A stretch of 43,973 nucleotides of DNA from Atractiella rhizophila (GCA_021432655.1 MU271534.1:1-43973), one strand, 5' to 3'. Shown: positions 13,966 to 28,066, numbered from the stretch's first letter. Numbers and translations: made by a program. Notes: generated by a model from the sequence alone, not told the origin.

Positions 13966-16551
13966 ATGGCAGAAGCTTTGTCGGAGAGAAAGCGGAGAGT
14001 GGCCATTGTCGGCGCAGGGCCTGTGGGATGCACAACGGCGCAAATGTTGCATGCCAGAGGATGGGAGGTTACAGTGTTTGAAGCCAGGGATTGTAAGTCA
14101 CCCGTTCAAGGAGCAATGGTTTTGTGTGCCTTGTTGTCATTTTTACTTTGGAGGACGCTGGAACATGTCGGTAATGCCCACGTTTGTGAGCACCGGCACG
14201 TTTGACATTTATATCCAGCAGAATCGGATTGTAATTTTCCTCAGGAGAGATTGGTCCCTTTCGTTACAACGGGTGTAGAAAGGAAGGAAGGAGTTTTCGA
14301 GATATATCGTATTGAATTTCATTACCTCGTGCTCATTCCGGCTTTGCATGCTTGTGCAGTATGATGGGCTTGCAGGTGGGCATCGCAACGGCTTCATGTG
14401 CCTGAAGTATTGTATTGATGGAAGGAGAAAAATAATTTCCGACAGGTTCGTAGAGGCTTCACAACCAGCATATAAACGATTTATAGCACTACCTTCTAAC
14501 AGGCAAGGCATAAAATGGCATGTTCCTATACGAGTCTTGTGACTGTTGAAATGAAGTCAGCATCCTTCAAGCGATGTGGGTTACAGTTGAGAATTCACAG
14601 GAGTAGATAGGGAGCGGTTGTGTGGTGCATTTCATCGCGCTTTTTAGTCAAGAATTCCAGTGTAATACTAAGCGGTTAATAAACAGGCGTAATTTTGCAC
14701 AATTTCGGGTGTTATACATCTTATCCCGTCTCGATATTGGAGATTGTTCCTTGCATTTCAATTCCGAGCCCTTCCAAGTGCATGTCGCGATTTCTATTCG
14801 CTACATCGCCCTCAAATGGGAGTGCTATATTACAACATGCATTTATTATCTCAATTACCCGGCGCTGCACTTGGCCACTTGGCCAATCTGTTCTCGATGA
14901 AGGTTTCGACGCCTCGCGTCTCATTCTCATCCGCCCTGTTGCGGTATGTGCCTGTGCCTACAGCTTGATGCTGCAACTTGTTTTCTCCTATCATCAATTC
15001 AGATTTACTGAGAACGTGCTCCTGATATGCACATCGCGTTTCTTCTCTCGGCTGGCGACCGCTTACCTTATTGCTTACCGATTTCCATCGACCCAGAACT
15101 CTGGACTTTCTGACCTATCGTATCGCAGCTCCAGCTCCACAGCTTGGCCGTTCCGTCAATCTCGCCCTTTCAGCACGCGGTCTTGCCTCTCTGCGATCGT
15201 TCTTCTCAGCTTCAACTTTGAACCGAATCGAGCAGATGATGGTTCCGATGTCGGGACGGATGATACATCCAGTCTCGTCCGCTGCTGAACCCCAGGCTTA
15301 CTCGTCTCAAGGGTTGTGTATCAACTCAATTTCGCGAGCTGAGATTTCGAGCATTCTTGTGAAAGCTCTTGAGGACGAAGGCGTCGCCGTACGGTGGGGT
15401 CAAAAAATCGCTCAAGTGAAAGTGTTAGACACTGCTGTGAAGTTGGGAGACTGGGAAGGAGATTGGATCATAGGATGTGATGGTGCTTGGAGCCGCATCA
15501 GAGATGCACTAGGGAGATCTGAAAGGTATGTGAGCTTGCAATGTTTGATCCTTGAACATTCTGAACCCAAATGTAGACTCAATACTGCCCAGACTTACGC
15601 TTCTCAAATTTACCTCGAATTCAACATCCCGTCGTCAGATCCCCCTGCTCTATCCATGAATCACCTGCACATCTGGCCGCGGCATGATTTCATGCTTATT
15701 GCCCTCCCGAATGCCGTGGGTTTAGCCACTATTATGCCACTGCGTATCTCACTTATTCTGTAGGACGGATCATTTACGAGTACATTCATGGGATCACCTG
15801 ATATGTTCAAGACCTATCAATCAGACGAAGCCATCTTGAACTTCTGGAAGTCTACTTTCCCAGATGCCGTGTCCCTCATCGGAGAGTCTCATATCCTTGA
15901 CCGTTGGCGCAATGGGTACAAAGGAGGTCTATTGAGTATTGAGGTAGGTTTCTTTCAGTCTACTAACACAGCTGTCTGAGCCGTTGCACCCTACAGTGCT
16001 CTCCTATGCATCATTCCGACAAGCTTCTTCTGTTAGGAGACGCAGCCCATTGCATGGTCCCTTTCTACGGGCAGGGTATGAACTGCGGCTTAGAAGATGT
16101 CCGTGTTCTCTCTCACTTCCTCGATCTATACTCCGCCTCTCCCGTCAACCCTGTCCCCTCCAAGTTACCGTTATCTCGAAGGGCAGGTCCGCCACTCGTA
16201 ATCAACGCGTTCTCCTCGCCACTTTCGCAGGCGCTACAAGCCTACGAACGACAGCGCGCTCCTTCCGTACACGCAATGCAGGATCTGGCAATGCGTAACT
16301 ACAAAGAAATGTCGTCATCTGTCCTCGACCCTATGTACCTCATTCGAAAGAAGGTGGACCTGTGGATGGCACGATTGTTCGGCAGCAACTGGAACTCGTT
16401 ATACGAGATGGTGACCTTTAGATCGGACCTTGCATATGAAGAGGCATTGAGAAGGGCTGAGCGCCAGAAAGTTTACGTGGATTGTTTTGCTATTGGGGTT
16501 GCTGCCAGCGTGGCAGGTCTTGCGTGGATCACATGGAGAGGGAGAAGGTGA
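13966..16551 (+). CDS. BNA4: Kynurenine 3-monooxygenase (FAD-dependent)
   Basis: VAIVGAGPVG, GRSVNLALSARG, IIGCDGAWSRIR, HLHIWPRHDFMLIALPN|DGSFTST, LLLGDAAHCMVPFYGQGMNCGLEDV, LYEMVTFR and a hydrophobic C-tail. Introns 14093-15128 (long), 15526-15576, 15716-15763 and 15944-15996. Confidence 0.92.
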
Positions 16552-17042
16552 ATGAAAACATTGCCCTATCTTGGATCAGTTCATTTTGCTGCTGTTCACT
16601 ATGTGAAACCCGCAATATGTCGCACTTAGTATCACTTGGTAGTATTATTCAATACGAGCAATTGCAGCAGTAAATACACACCTGTCCATAGAAGCATAGC
16701 ACCAATGTACGATGGGAACTTCGTATCCAAACAGCCAAACAACAGAATCCACTACCACAAGAGCTGTGCGAAAGCAACCAGTCGCAAAGAAATGAAAGAA
16801 CCAAAATTTTGAGTAGCGGTAATGCTCTAAGTGGTAAGGAAACCCTGTTTTGCGACACTGATAGATGACTTTCCGATATCCAATAATCCCACAAGCTCAA
16901 GACGTACACCGCACAGATATTGCGACAGAAATCGAAGGGAGACATATGTGAAACGGTGGAGACTGACAACAGGTCCAAATTCCAAATTGACATTTTCAAG
17001 AGACGGCTCAATGAGCCAAACAAATATAGGACTAACGGGAAA

Positions 17043-18739
17043 TTAAGCGTAGGAGCCTTGACCATGTAGGTCGATTCCCAATCCAGCCACGCCAGCGTGA
17101 GTCGGATAGAAAGGATAGCTCTCATCCGGTTGCTGGTGGTAGAACCCGTGCTGGAAAGCTTGTTCATCCGATTCTAAACCAGGCGATAACGTCTCATTCT
17201 TCCCCAATCTGTGCAACTGTTCCATCTGCTCAATGGTATAAGGAGCATACTGGATTCCGTAGCTGGCTTGGATCGGAACTTGGTAATTAACGGGAACGTA
17301 AGTTTGGAAAGTAGGAGTAGGAGCAACTGAGAGCGGGTACTGAGGTTGAGGCGGGAGAGCGTGAATGTGAGATAAATTAGGGGCTTGAGAAACTGGAACA
17401 TAAGCGTTCGTAGTTGTTTGGATCGTGACAGGTGGAAGATAAGGTCCAGGTGTCGGTAGGGACATTGCAGGGGGCAATGGCGAAATGTCAATGGAGTGTG
17501 CGATAGGCGCATGAATCAGCTTCTGTTGTTGCTGGAGGTAGAGGTATTGAAGCTGCATATGAGAATGAAGATCGACACCTGGAGTGACGGGATAGCTTCC
17601 ATTTCCGTGAAATAAGGACATATTTCCACAAGAAGGCACGCTGAGGATGGATTCTTCGGATGCAGCGCTGCCCGAAAAATTGCTAAATGTTGGAGAGGGG
17701 GCTTGATGGAGGTCTGGGAAATGAATGTGAGGCGAAGAGAATGTCGAATAATCGTGAACCATTGGGGGAGCGCTGAACTCAACCGGGTTCTCGACTGTTT
17801 GAAATTTATTGGCAGCCTCCTCTTGCACATTCGAATACTCGTTAGTCGAATAGACATGAGAGGGAAAGGTGGTCTGGATTGAAGGAGGCGAAATTGCGGC
17901 GCTGGTGAGAGGAGAGGGAAAGACATCGCTCGATGGGGCGGTTCTGGAAGGAGTTGCTAATTGGAAGGGAGCTGATGGACTATAACTCTCTGGTTTCGAA
18001 GCAATAGTGGCGGAGCTGTGAGTTGCCAGGGAGTCCACTGCCTGAAGAGACCGTGGTGGCGTGAAATCATCATCTGTATCGCCTTCTCCATCCAAATCAA
18101 CGTTATCATCCGTATCCGAATCAGTCGCCTTCGCTTTCCGTTTCCGCTTTTGCGTCTTCTTGGGGACACTCTTCGCCTTAGTTGGCTTCGTGGGCTTAAC
18201 TTTCGAAGAAGACGGTTTTGACGCGGTCTCTAGCGACTCTCGTAAGGCATCCGCAAGGTTTCGGCGCGTCTTTCTGAAAGAATAGCGCTCATTCTTGTCG
18301 CCATCTGGAACCCAGTTAATCAGCTGGCGCTCTGGCACAAATGGAATGACGGACCTTCAGGACTTCCGCTAGCGACAATAGGTTCTTCCTCCTCAGATTC
18401 CTCTTCCTTGTCGCCCCAAGGAGGAGGGCTTATGTACACGCATCGCACTAGAGAGGGATCTTCTCCTCGAGCGCCAGCGCTCCCTGAAATACAAACTGAG
18501 TGATTAAAAGTATGATGCGCTTGACGTACTCCTGCAAGCATCACAGCCAGGCCGCTCTGCTGAGCATCGTACCTGGACTTTCGTGAGGATTGCTGCGACA
18601 AGTCAGAGGGGCAACCAACCTTTCTGCTGCGACCTGCGACGATTGATTAGCGAGAGAGCAGAGCAGCCAACAAGCGTGACATACATTTGAGACAGGCTTG
18701 GTTCCTAGAGAGTGAACTGGTAACCACTCTTGTTCTCAT
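17043..18739 (-). CDS. Zn(II)2Cys6 binuclear-cluster transcription factor with long disordered Ser/Pro/Gln-rich C-terminus; 5 exons
   Basis: Splicing four short introns gives MRTRVVTSSLSRNQACLKCRSRKVRCSAERPGCDACRRSAGARGEDPSLVRCVY..., which joins in frame to ORF 17043-18338. Confidence 0.85.
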
Positions 18740-20388
18740 CTTGCTCGAAAGTGAGAGATTGGGGTTGGTTGTGCAGGAGGAGAGCTGGAGACGGCTTTTC
18801 AACTTCTTTCAGACGGATCGACCTGCGGGAGCAATCTCGTTAGTTATCATACGTGCGGAGTGAGAAGGAGGGACCAACCTATGGCAGAGTCCGGGAACCG
18901 GCAACAAAGGGAAGGGCGTTGATAGGCGTCGTCGCTCTTCTTAGCCTAGGTCGCAGCTGAGCGGAGCTGAGTTTGAAAATTTTGGAGCAGAAAAGTTTCT
19001 CAGAGTTGATGAAGTGCGCCTTTTAAGTGAGCATGTGAGAGCCCCGATGACTCTTTTACACCTCGTAGGTCTGATTGACCCGTGCTGTGAGAGATTAGGG
19101 TTGCCCAACGTGGTCTCGCAAGGTGCACAGCGGAGCAAGCAACTCGCTTAAAACGTTGCTCGTGTATAAAAAGCGGAAAGCTTAGGACCTGCCACGACAG
19201 AACCCGGCTGCTACTGCCATTTTAAGCGTTCTATTGAGGACCCTGCCATTGATTAGGTTGCAACGTCGCCGGACCGCGAGTAGCAGTGCGAAGTCGATCT
19301 CTTTTGAGATCTCAGGAATTGCTGCAACGATTCACATGTTCATGGAAATGTCCGATAGAACTCCACGCTTGTCCTTACGTACCCTCTGTGGGCTGACTTC
19401 AGTAATTCTGTAAGATGGCACACTTTAGAGACTTCCGACCAGTCCGCCAACCATCTGAGTTTGCAGAAGCTCTTAGAAAACAGGTGACACCATCGCGATC
19501 GAAGCTTGTACGGATCACCTGAGATCAAACTCGCTATCGCAATTCAATTCCTAAGTTGGCTTTCTGCGGTTCTATCGATCTCGAAAACGTCTGCAAAGCT
19601 GACATGCGCATGAACCTGACACGTCGGAGTGATAGTTGCGAGACCAAGACTGGAGCGGCAAAACGGAAACGCAAGGTATGCCGGGAGTCTTGATATATCC
19701 CGCACTCACAGCCTTCCTCACGAGTCCGCCGGCATCTTGAAGAGCGAAATGGTAAATGCAACAAAATTGGGCCTTGAATTGACCATGCATTTATACTGAG
19801 CACATTACGCGTTGTTTAGGCCGCCTCCGCGAGAGGAATGAGGAAAATCGGGATACGTCCCAATCTGTATAGCCCAAAGGGAGAACCAGTGGGGTTTGAA
19901 CAATTTGAGTGTCGTCACCATCCTCCTTTAAATGCAAATGACTTTCCCGTAGAATTGGCGGTCTCTGCTGATTTTCAGAGGTGGAGGTCCAGCGGCTGTT
20001 GACTCAAAGCATATGGACCAGTCTCTGAATAATCCCCCCAATTCAACTCGACTTCAATGGAACAGACCAAAGACCCGTAGTCCCATAGGGTTGGCGTTCA
20101 CTGCCTCTTTTTCCACTCTTAGAGACCTTTAGAAGCAGCATGGGTGCGCCGTAATAAGGGGTAAGCTGCCTGAGTTAGCTTAAGACTTTGTTAAGTTTGA
20201 CAACCACCCACTCCAGAGAGACCCATGAGACTCATCAGACCCATCCAAATTCATCCGACCCACAGCTTTCTGTCATATGTGACAAGCAAGTGGAGTGACA
20301 AGCGAGCGGAGTTTGAGGAGAGATTACTGACGGCTTGCGGTTCATCGATGCCCCCAAAGTCGCAATTGCACTTGCTTAATTTCTACAA

Positions 20389-21733
20389 TTACACTCGTTC
20401 GATTTGTTCAGGATACGTAAAGTTGTTCGCTTCCCTAATTTTGTCAAACACCTGTGAAAGCAGCGAATGACGACAGGCTACGCAGCACAACAAATAATGC
20501 TTACGTTCATCATCTCCGCGGTCAAGGCCCAGCTCATCGTCTCGCTCTCAATCTTTCCATCCCTGATGCATCTCGCCACCTCGTCCGCTTCCCAAGCGAA
20601 ACCCCAGATACCGCCTATCACGGCGAGGAATTATTGGGGAAGAGCGGAAAAAAGAGACGAGACAAACCAGGTCTTTCTCGGAAATCAAAGGTCTCCTCTC
20701 TAGCAGGCTTAAAGTTCTTGCTGTCAGCGATATTAATATCTTCTCGCTTATCCCACACTTGAACTGTGAAGGACTGAGGTCTATAAAGCGGCCCTTCCAC
20801 CCAAATCCTGCCTTTCTCTCCAACGACCAAAGCTGCTCTATCCGTTGGGTAGGCAGCGTAGAAGCCACAGGAGAGAACTCCCTGCACTCCTTCCGTTTGA
20901 AAGACAGCAGTGGTAGAGCCATCCACCTTTTGATCAGTGAAGATGATGCTCGAACCTTTGTAGTTGGCCGTCGTAGGAAGGGAAGGTGCGAGAAGTGACA
21001 TCCAAGTCCAGGAATAAGGACTGGCAGAGAATAACAGTGTCAAAGGCGGCACTCAACGCAAGAAGGGCCATACCCAAGATCAGTCAATGCACCTCCACAC
21101 AACATAGGATCGAGAAGTCGATGCGTTTTAGGAAGCAAATCCATCTTGATGTTGCTGTGGAGGTGAGACTGGACGTAGTGGATTGGTCCGATGACACCAG
21201 AGTTCAGTGCTTTCAAGACAGCTTTCGTGACCGGTTGAAAGCGTGTCCAAACAGCTAGCAAAGCTCATAAACAAAGGGGTCAATAAAGAGAAGCAAGGCG
21301 AACCTTCCATGAAGAAAAGATTCTTCTCTTTTGCAAGCTTGAACAAAATCTCTGCCTGCTTTCCATTTACAGTCAAAGCTTTCTCGCAAAGAACATGTTT
21401 TCCTGCTTTCAACGCTCCCAAGCAATCTTCATAATGTCTCGAATGAGGAGTTCCAACATAGACGACTTCAACGTTCCCATCCTTGAACATGTCGTCATAG
21501 TTGCCATACGACTTCACTCCACTCTCGTTGGGGAGATAGTTTTTGACGAATTCCTCCGCTTTATTGAGAGAAGAAGAAGAAGATACAGCAACTATCTTGT
21601 GCACGACGTTGTTATCAGGAGGAGAAGTGGAAGCCCGTGTTGATGCTGGCACGAGAAGATCGAGGGCAAACTTTTGAGAGATCCAGCCAGTGGCGAGGAT
21701 CCCCCATCGCAGAGTGAAAGGTTCAGTAGACAT
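20389..21733 (-). CDS. Gfo/Idh/MocA-family NAD(P)-dependent oxidoreductase (dimeric dihydrodiol / D-xylose 1-dehydrogenase-like)
   Basis: LRWGILATGWIS, VVYVGTPHSRHY, GKHVLCEKALTVN, FFME|AVWTRFQP, GGALTDLG|PY and WEADEVARCIRDGKIES. Four short introns; stop at 20389-20391. Confidence 0.92.
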
Positions 21734-22834
21734 ACTGAATCGAATGTGGTTGATCGATAGAGCAGCATTGGAGGAGCAACAACTGACGAAAGATGAGAGA
21801 GATGCCGAAAGCTTTCCGAATTTGAAAATTGATCAACATCCCCTGTTTTGGGATAATTTTTCTTGCTTTCATCCTTCAGCTCAACAGAGCGTAGGATTTG
21901 GAGAAGAAGGAAAGAGCAATGCGAGTGCAGACTGAAGCGCGTCGCAAATTCATCTTCTTCCAACAAGTCACGGCAGAACTTCGTCTCCGTGCTTGCGTTC
22001 TTCGATGAGATGTGCAGACCCAGAAGCCAGCGCTGCCAAAAAGGAAAACATAAGGTGTAGCTTGTACCTGCAAGCGGTGGCGTTCCCCTTTGGTTTCTCG
22101 ACATCGTTTTCTGACCTTCAGTGTAATTTTGACCTTAGTAAATGCATACGCAGTGTCTGCCACTCTGAGAGCAACTATGGAGAGATCTCCCTCTATTGAC
22201 ACCGACGTAAATCAACGATGACATGACAGATACAGATATGCCAAAGGTTAACACAGCAGGAGAAGCAAAGGTTAGCGCGACGAGTAGATCAACGCTGACC
22301 TTTTATTCACGGAGAACGCTGCAAGTAGCCTCATTACTCGCCCAATAGGCTAAGAATGAACACAGGACGAACGTATACCATCCTCCTCAAGTCCCTCGCT
22401 CAGAATCTCGAGACGCACCTATACCTAACCCGCTCTCATGCTCTCACATATCTGTCCTCACCTACACCTTCTTAACTAATTTCCACCATTACTAACACCT
22501 CTGTTGGGCATGGCTGCACCCAAACTCGGTCGTCGCCGAAAACCGTTGTTCAGAGCTTGTGCTACCAATGGAGGGGAAGGGAAACGAGGCGACGGCAAAA
22601 AACAGAACATAGAAGGAACCAACCGGAAGGCCTTTGGAAGAGAGTCCAAAGGCTGTCACAGACAAACGCGTTCAACAGGTTCAGGCAATGTCCGTGGTTA
22701 GTCATGGTTTAGGAGTATTCTACACGTGACGTGAGGATGCTCAACTATGACCATAACAAAAACATACATACATTGCGAAGAAATACAAAGACTCAAATAC
22801 ATCACCGGTTTAGATCGGTATATTATCACTGGAA

Positions 22835-25470
22835 TCAGGGGGCTTCTGAGCTTGCTTGCTCCTTCTCCTGCTCTTGTGCAGATCTCATACCTTCTTTCTT
22901 CATCCCATCCACCTCCGCGTCCTTTAATTCCTTTGCTAGCGTCTCCGTATCAAATTCCTTCACAGTCTCTTCATTCTCATCCAACCAGCCAGTGATGAGT
23001 TCCACAGTTCGTAAGCCAAGTTTGTAGCATCCGTCATTTGTATTTGCCTCAAACATCGACATATGTCTAAAACAGCCGTCAAAATAATCCTGTCAGTCAA
23101 GTAGAGTTACACACGCTTCAATCTCGTCATCGACCAATTTATTCAAGTTCTCTTCGAAAAATTTCGATGTCGGAGCATCTTTCACAGGTAAGGAGATAAA
23201 CGTCCGGAGGCCGCTATCTTTCTTCTTTTTCAAGCTGATATGGAAACTAGAAGCCATTTGTCAGTTAGGAACTGCTCAGACCATATATGAAGGAGCAAGC
23301 GAACCAGTGGAATCCCCACGACCCATTCTTCGTACTATGCAAAATATCATCTACTCTCTCGTTCAACCTCTCCCGCTTGTAGAGCTCTCCAACGAATTCG
23401 AAGTGACTCATCAACCAATCTACATGCCATACGGATTAGCATATGACAGCCATAAACACAAATAGGAAATATTTGAATGTCCAGACGCACCCATTCCTCC
23501 CGCAATCTGCTTTCGTTGCAAATATGCAGCACCTCCCGCGGCTATCAATCCAGCAGCACCAGCAGCAATCTTATAAGGCATCCATCCACCAGAAGTAGGA
23601 GGGGGACCGCGAGAGCTGGCGACCATTGTTCCTGAGGCTGCAGCGGCGGAGGCTGTGCTGGACGCATTACTCGAGAAGGGAGAGAGGCCAAAGGCATCAA
23701 GGATCTGATGACCAGACTGTGCATACGAGAAGTATTTCGATCCTTGGGACGTGATGAGCGAGTGATTTAGTCCATAGTATGGCGTATCGTAGCTGAGTAT
23801 GCAGGTAGAGTCAGTCGGTGGCACTCCGGATCTTTTTCTCTCGATCCGATTGGATGCTGCATCCCAGGCTCAATGCCAACAGATCAATCTCTCTGTTAGA
23901 AGGTTCACGTCATGTCGATCGTGAGAACCGGGAATATGAGCAACCACAGCTCTAATCGTAACAAGCCTGAGATGCGATAGAGCGGCAAATCAAAACATGA
24001 ACATGCTCTTTCAGGTCTGCTGAGATGGCAAAAACGGAGGAACTGGCAAGATCTGGGAGAATCCGGCACAATATCGTTACGACCTGAGGCTATTTACTCA
24101 AGGTGATATTCCCACCCTCGTCCAGTTTCGGTCGGGACTCGGTCACTGGAGGAAGCACCAAGGTGATTTTCGGAATTGGCATATCTCTTTCTGTTCGTCC
24201 GAATTGTCTTTGACCATACTCGGACTCTATCTCGCGGTCGTGACTTCTGTCTCACCAACCTCGAGCATGCATTGGCGAAGGATCGAAGATCCATTACCGA
24301 ACGATTAAACAATTGGAAGGACATTATCAAGGAAGCCAGCGGGCATGGCTGCTCCGTACCATGGACTCCAAAGATCAGCACGATTGTCAGCAGGATCGCC
24401 GCATAACACAGTTCTACCTTTCGTGCTTCTAACGTGGAGCAGTAAGACCGGGAGTCAAGCGACGAAATGAAGTGCGGGTGTCCGTCCAATGCTGGACATT
24501 GAACACCTTTAGAACTAGAAGCAAACTCTGGATATTCCAGCTTAAGACCAATTATAGGAAATTAAAGATGGGGTGAGGCTCCAACGTCAGGTGATGGTTC
24601 ACGTCTGCTTAGAAAGAACGTAAGGAAAGCAGGTCCAATAAAGCTCCGTCGGCTGTAAGAGGCTAAAAGTTTAGGACCTCTAGACTTTTAATAGAGCAGA
24701 GATCTATGTGATGCACTTTGTGCATTGCATTTGTATCGCGTAAGAGAAGTCACGTATCGACATTTTTCCCGATGACATCTCCTCTGTTGGCCTCCAGACA
24801 TCGTTAAATGCTACGCAGCCAAGTTTCTAGAGAGTTGTCTCCCTTTCAAGAGGGGCTAAAGCTGTCTACATTGTTTTTGTGGGAAGGGGAGCCAATGAGA
24901 CTCTAGTTTAAGTCGACTGCCCCCCCTATGGTCACCACGCGATGGAAGTGTTATCACACGAGCATATCGCAGTATCGTCAACGGAAAAAAGCTCAGAAAG
25001 AGGAGCGAAGCGAATCTCAGACCGTATGAAGAGACGTACGCAACGACACCGACTATCCCAAGTTCCCTCCACACCCTACTAGCGCAATCTGCCGCCAATA
25101 AACCACCCATAGAATGTGCGAGTAGGATCGTCCGAACTCTACCCCTGCCCTCTCCAGCGGTAGGGAAGCCATCGGGCCAAACCTCCATCTGTCTCTCCAC
25201 CTGTGCGCCAGTCAACCAACCTATGAACTGATCGACAGCATTTTCAAGAGAACCACGTGTATCGTACGTGGGATATACGAGCGAGTGGACGGAGTAGTTT
25301 GGCAGAGAGGCAGAGAGGATGGATACGAGCCGAGAAGGGAAAGAGGAGAAGGACACGCTCGATCCTTTGAAACCGTGAATGAATACGAGCAGGAGAATAG
25401 TGGTCGGAGGAGGTTTGATTAGGGCGAGCCCGGGGAAGGATATGGAAGGGGCGGCGAGAGGCGAGGCCAT
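22835..25470 (-). CDS. DUF676-like fungal alpha/beta hydrolase (putative serine esterase); 5 exons, ~1.25-kb first intron
   Basis: Exon 1 has LVFIHGFKGS and ILLAHSMGGLLAAD...GVVA. It splices across intron 25039-23793 to YDTPYYGLNH, followed by WLMSHFEFVG, RTFISLP and DEIEAHMSMF; stop at 22835. Confidence 0.85.
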
Positions 25471-27047
25471 CTTTGAACTGGACGCTAAGCCAACAATTGT
25501 ATTCAGCTTGCAAACTTCAGGATTCGGAAGTCGGTTTATTGCGGATTGGGCAAAAAATCCCTAGCGTATTTGCATTGTGTCCAACCAATTTGGTTATGAG
25601 AAGCGAGTTAGATGTGAAGGAGAGGAACGCCTTCCATTCTATGTGTCACTCGATTTATTGACATTGAAAATACAGTTTCACCAAATCTTCGTTTCTGTTT
25701 CCAAATGAGCGAATATGATACTCCTAATTCAGACCAGGTCTCTCATGGAACAGTCAGAGGCGTCAATCTTGCTTGGCTCACTACCTTAGCGTACAGCTGA
25801 GCATTAAATCAATAACAATTAAGCGCCGTTCCAGGCATACGTCAAGATCGGGAATTACAGAAGCAGAAGCAGAAGACACAGATGCATGGACCGGATCACA
25901 GCCCACATCAACAGGGCTGAAAGACTATCGCCTGCATGTGCACCCGAATGCTCTTGAAATCGGGACACGCACCAACTTTCGTAAACAATCTAGCAGTACA
26001 AAATCCTTCCGTCTATTCGGGCGTCTGCCATTCCCTTCAGGTCTCAGTCAAGCAACACCGTTGATGAAGCTATGAAGTTCTGGTTCTGTCAATGCTGGAT
26101 CTGACGTACAAAGTTGGCAAATGTGGCACGTGAATAGCCACCTGAAAGTCAATCGCGGTGCACAACACAACCAACGAATTTAAGGGGATATCCCTGGGTC
26201 CCTGACAGGCGAAGAAGTAGGAAAGGGTATCTATTTTGACATTTTTTGCAGAAGAACAGGGGAAAGGTTGTCATTCCAGGTGTGTTTCTTGCGTATTCTT
26301 CAGTCCATTATTATGTTTATGCTCTTTTCTTGCTACTCTTCGCGTTGTCTTCGTGTCCACATGCACACACCAGCAGCGCGCCTTTCGGCTGCAGAAAATA
26401 CCGAAGCTGTGAACCATGAACTTGACGGAGACTAGAGACTGCTACTTCATGCATTATGTCTGTATCAATGATTGGGGTTCCCGCACTCCAAGCAGGATGA
26501 ACGGCACAATGTGAATGTTTATCTGGTAACAGTCGTGTTTGGCCATGTGAAGGGATGCTAACGTACAAGTGTTCCCGAGACAGGAGCCTCGCCTGTTCCG
26601 AAGGGCTTTTGGTCATTCTTACAGCCCTATATCATGAGAGAATGAAGCAAACGTCTGGACAAGAATCCTTCCTTGAACTGTTTGAACAGCAAGATTTTGC
26701 TTAAACTGCACTCCGTCTAACAGATTGAAGTACACATCCATCACCTCGTCGTACATTTTGCATATGTCTCAGTGTAGTTTTGCCGCATTAGCATTGTCCT
26801 TGCCGGTTCCTGCTTTCTTCCTCCCTGCTTGATACTAGCTACTTCGCGCAGTATGCTTCGGCCAGGGCATCCCTGTCCGACTGAGGTTAGATAAAGCGGA
26901 AAGTGGCCAAACAAGCTCTGGGTTAGACGAAGTGGTAACGGTCTTTTGATAACAAGTTAAATTTTATTTCTTTAGGACCCACACCACGACGAGAAGGATC
27001 ATACTCATTCATTGACAAAGTTCTCGTCTGTATTCAGAAACAAGACA

Positions 27048-28066
27048 ATGTCCAACGCCACCTACCGCATCGTCTTCTTCCTCTCCACAGCCGGACAGGA
27101 CCCCTCTGAAGTCTCGATTCCTTGGAAATACCTCACCTCTCAAGGAGTTCAAGTGGAATTTGCGACCGAAGATGGAAAGCCAGCGACATGCGACCAACGG
27201 ATGATCAATGGACTTTTGGCCGTCTTGATGGTTTGCAGTCCATTTTATGGTTTTCTGCAGGACGCTAAGGAGACGAATCATAAAAGGGGGCGACAGCTGA
27301 AGCCAAGCGAGCACACGCCGAACTGGTCCAGACCGAAGCATGGCAGCACCCGCATTCGTGGACCTCCCCAACCTTCCAAGAAGACCTGAAACAATATGAC
27401 GGCATCCTGCTACCTGGAGGACACGACAAAGGCATGCGTCAATACCTTGAGTCGACCTCCCTCCAAAAACTGCTCGCCGATTTTTTCCCACTTTCTTCTC
27501 GCTCCGGAAGTGACAAGAAGGTCGTGGCAGCGATCTGTCATGGTGTCCTCGCGCTCGCTCGCTCCAAGAAGGGAGACAAAAGCGTACTCGCGATTAACGA
27601 GGGAGTAGAGACGACTACCCTACCTGTACATTTGGAAAGGTTCGTCGTACCTCACCCCGGATACATATCGCAAGCTGAAGATTGTGCATGGTGGAACCCA
27701 CAGATTCGCTTACGTTGTCACTGCTCCCTTCCTCGGCAAGTACTACAGGACATATGACGCATATTGTGCCACGGAGGTAATTGCACATCGCTCATCTTTC
27801 TCCCTGCGTTGACATACATGGAAGGTTCAATCATTGCTCGCCAAACCCTCCCTTTACAAAAGAGGTGGTTTTTTCGATACCCGTCCTTTCGTTGTGGTGG
27901 ATAAGAAGTCAGTATTCCCTTCCTCACACACCCCCCTATCGCTGATGTCCTGACATCCTGATGGGATAGCCACTATTATGTTTCTGCGAGGTTTCCGGGA
28001 GACGCGCAAAAGTTCGCGGAGAACTTTTTACAGCTGTTGAAGGAAGCGAGGGCTGTTTCTGCATGA
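27048..28066 (+). CDS. DJ-1/PfpI (class I glutamine amidotransferase-like) protein; 5 exons
   Basis: GQDPSEVSIPW, VEFATEDGKPA, YDGILLPGGHDKGMRQYLES, VAAICHGVLALAR, YYRTY and YVSARFPGDAQKFA; stop at 28064-28066. Confidence 0.9.

Noticed and set aside
24826..24856. Second Helitron-like end (hairpin + CTAG) on minus strand in the hydrolase intron
   Set aside because: The stem is only about 4-5 bp and CTAG is followed by A rather than T.
25700..26900. Possible decayed gene between the hydrolase and DJ-1 genes
   Set aside because: Only vague helical or TPR-like words (KMYDEVMDVL, EQARLL) with many stops; not enough for a call.
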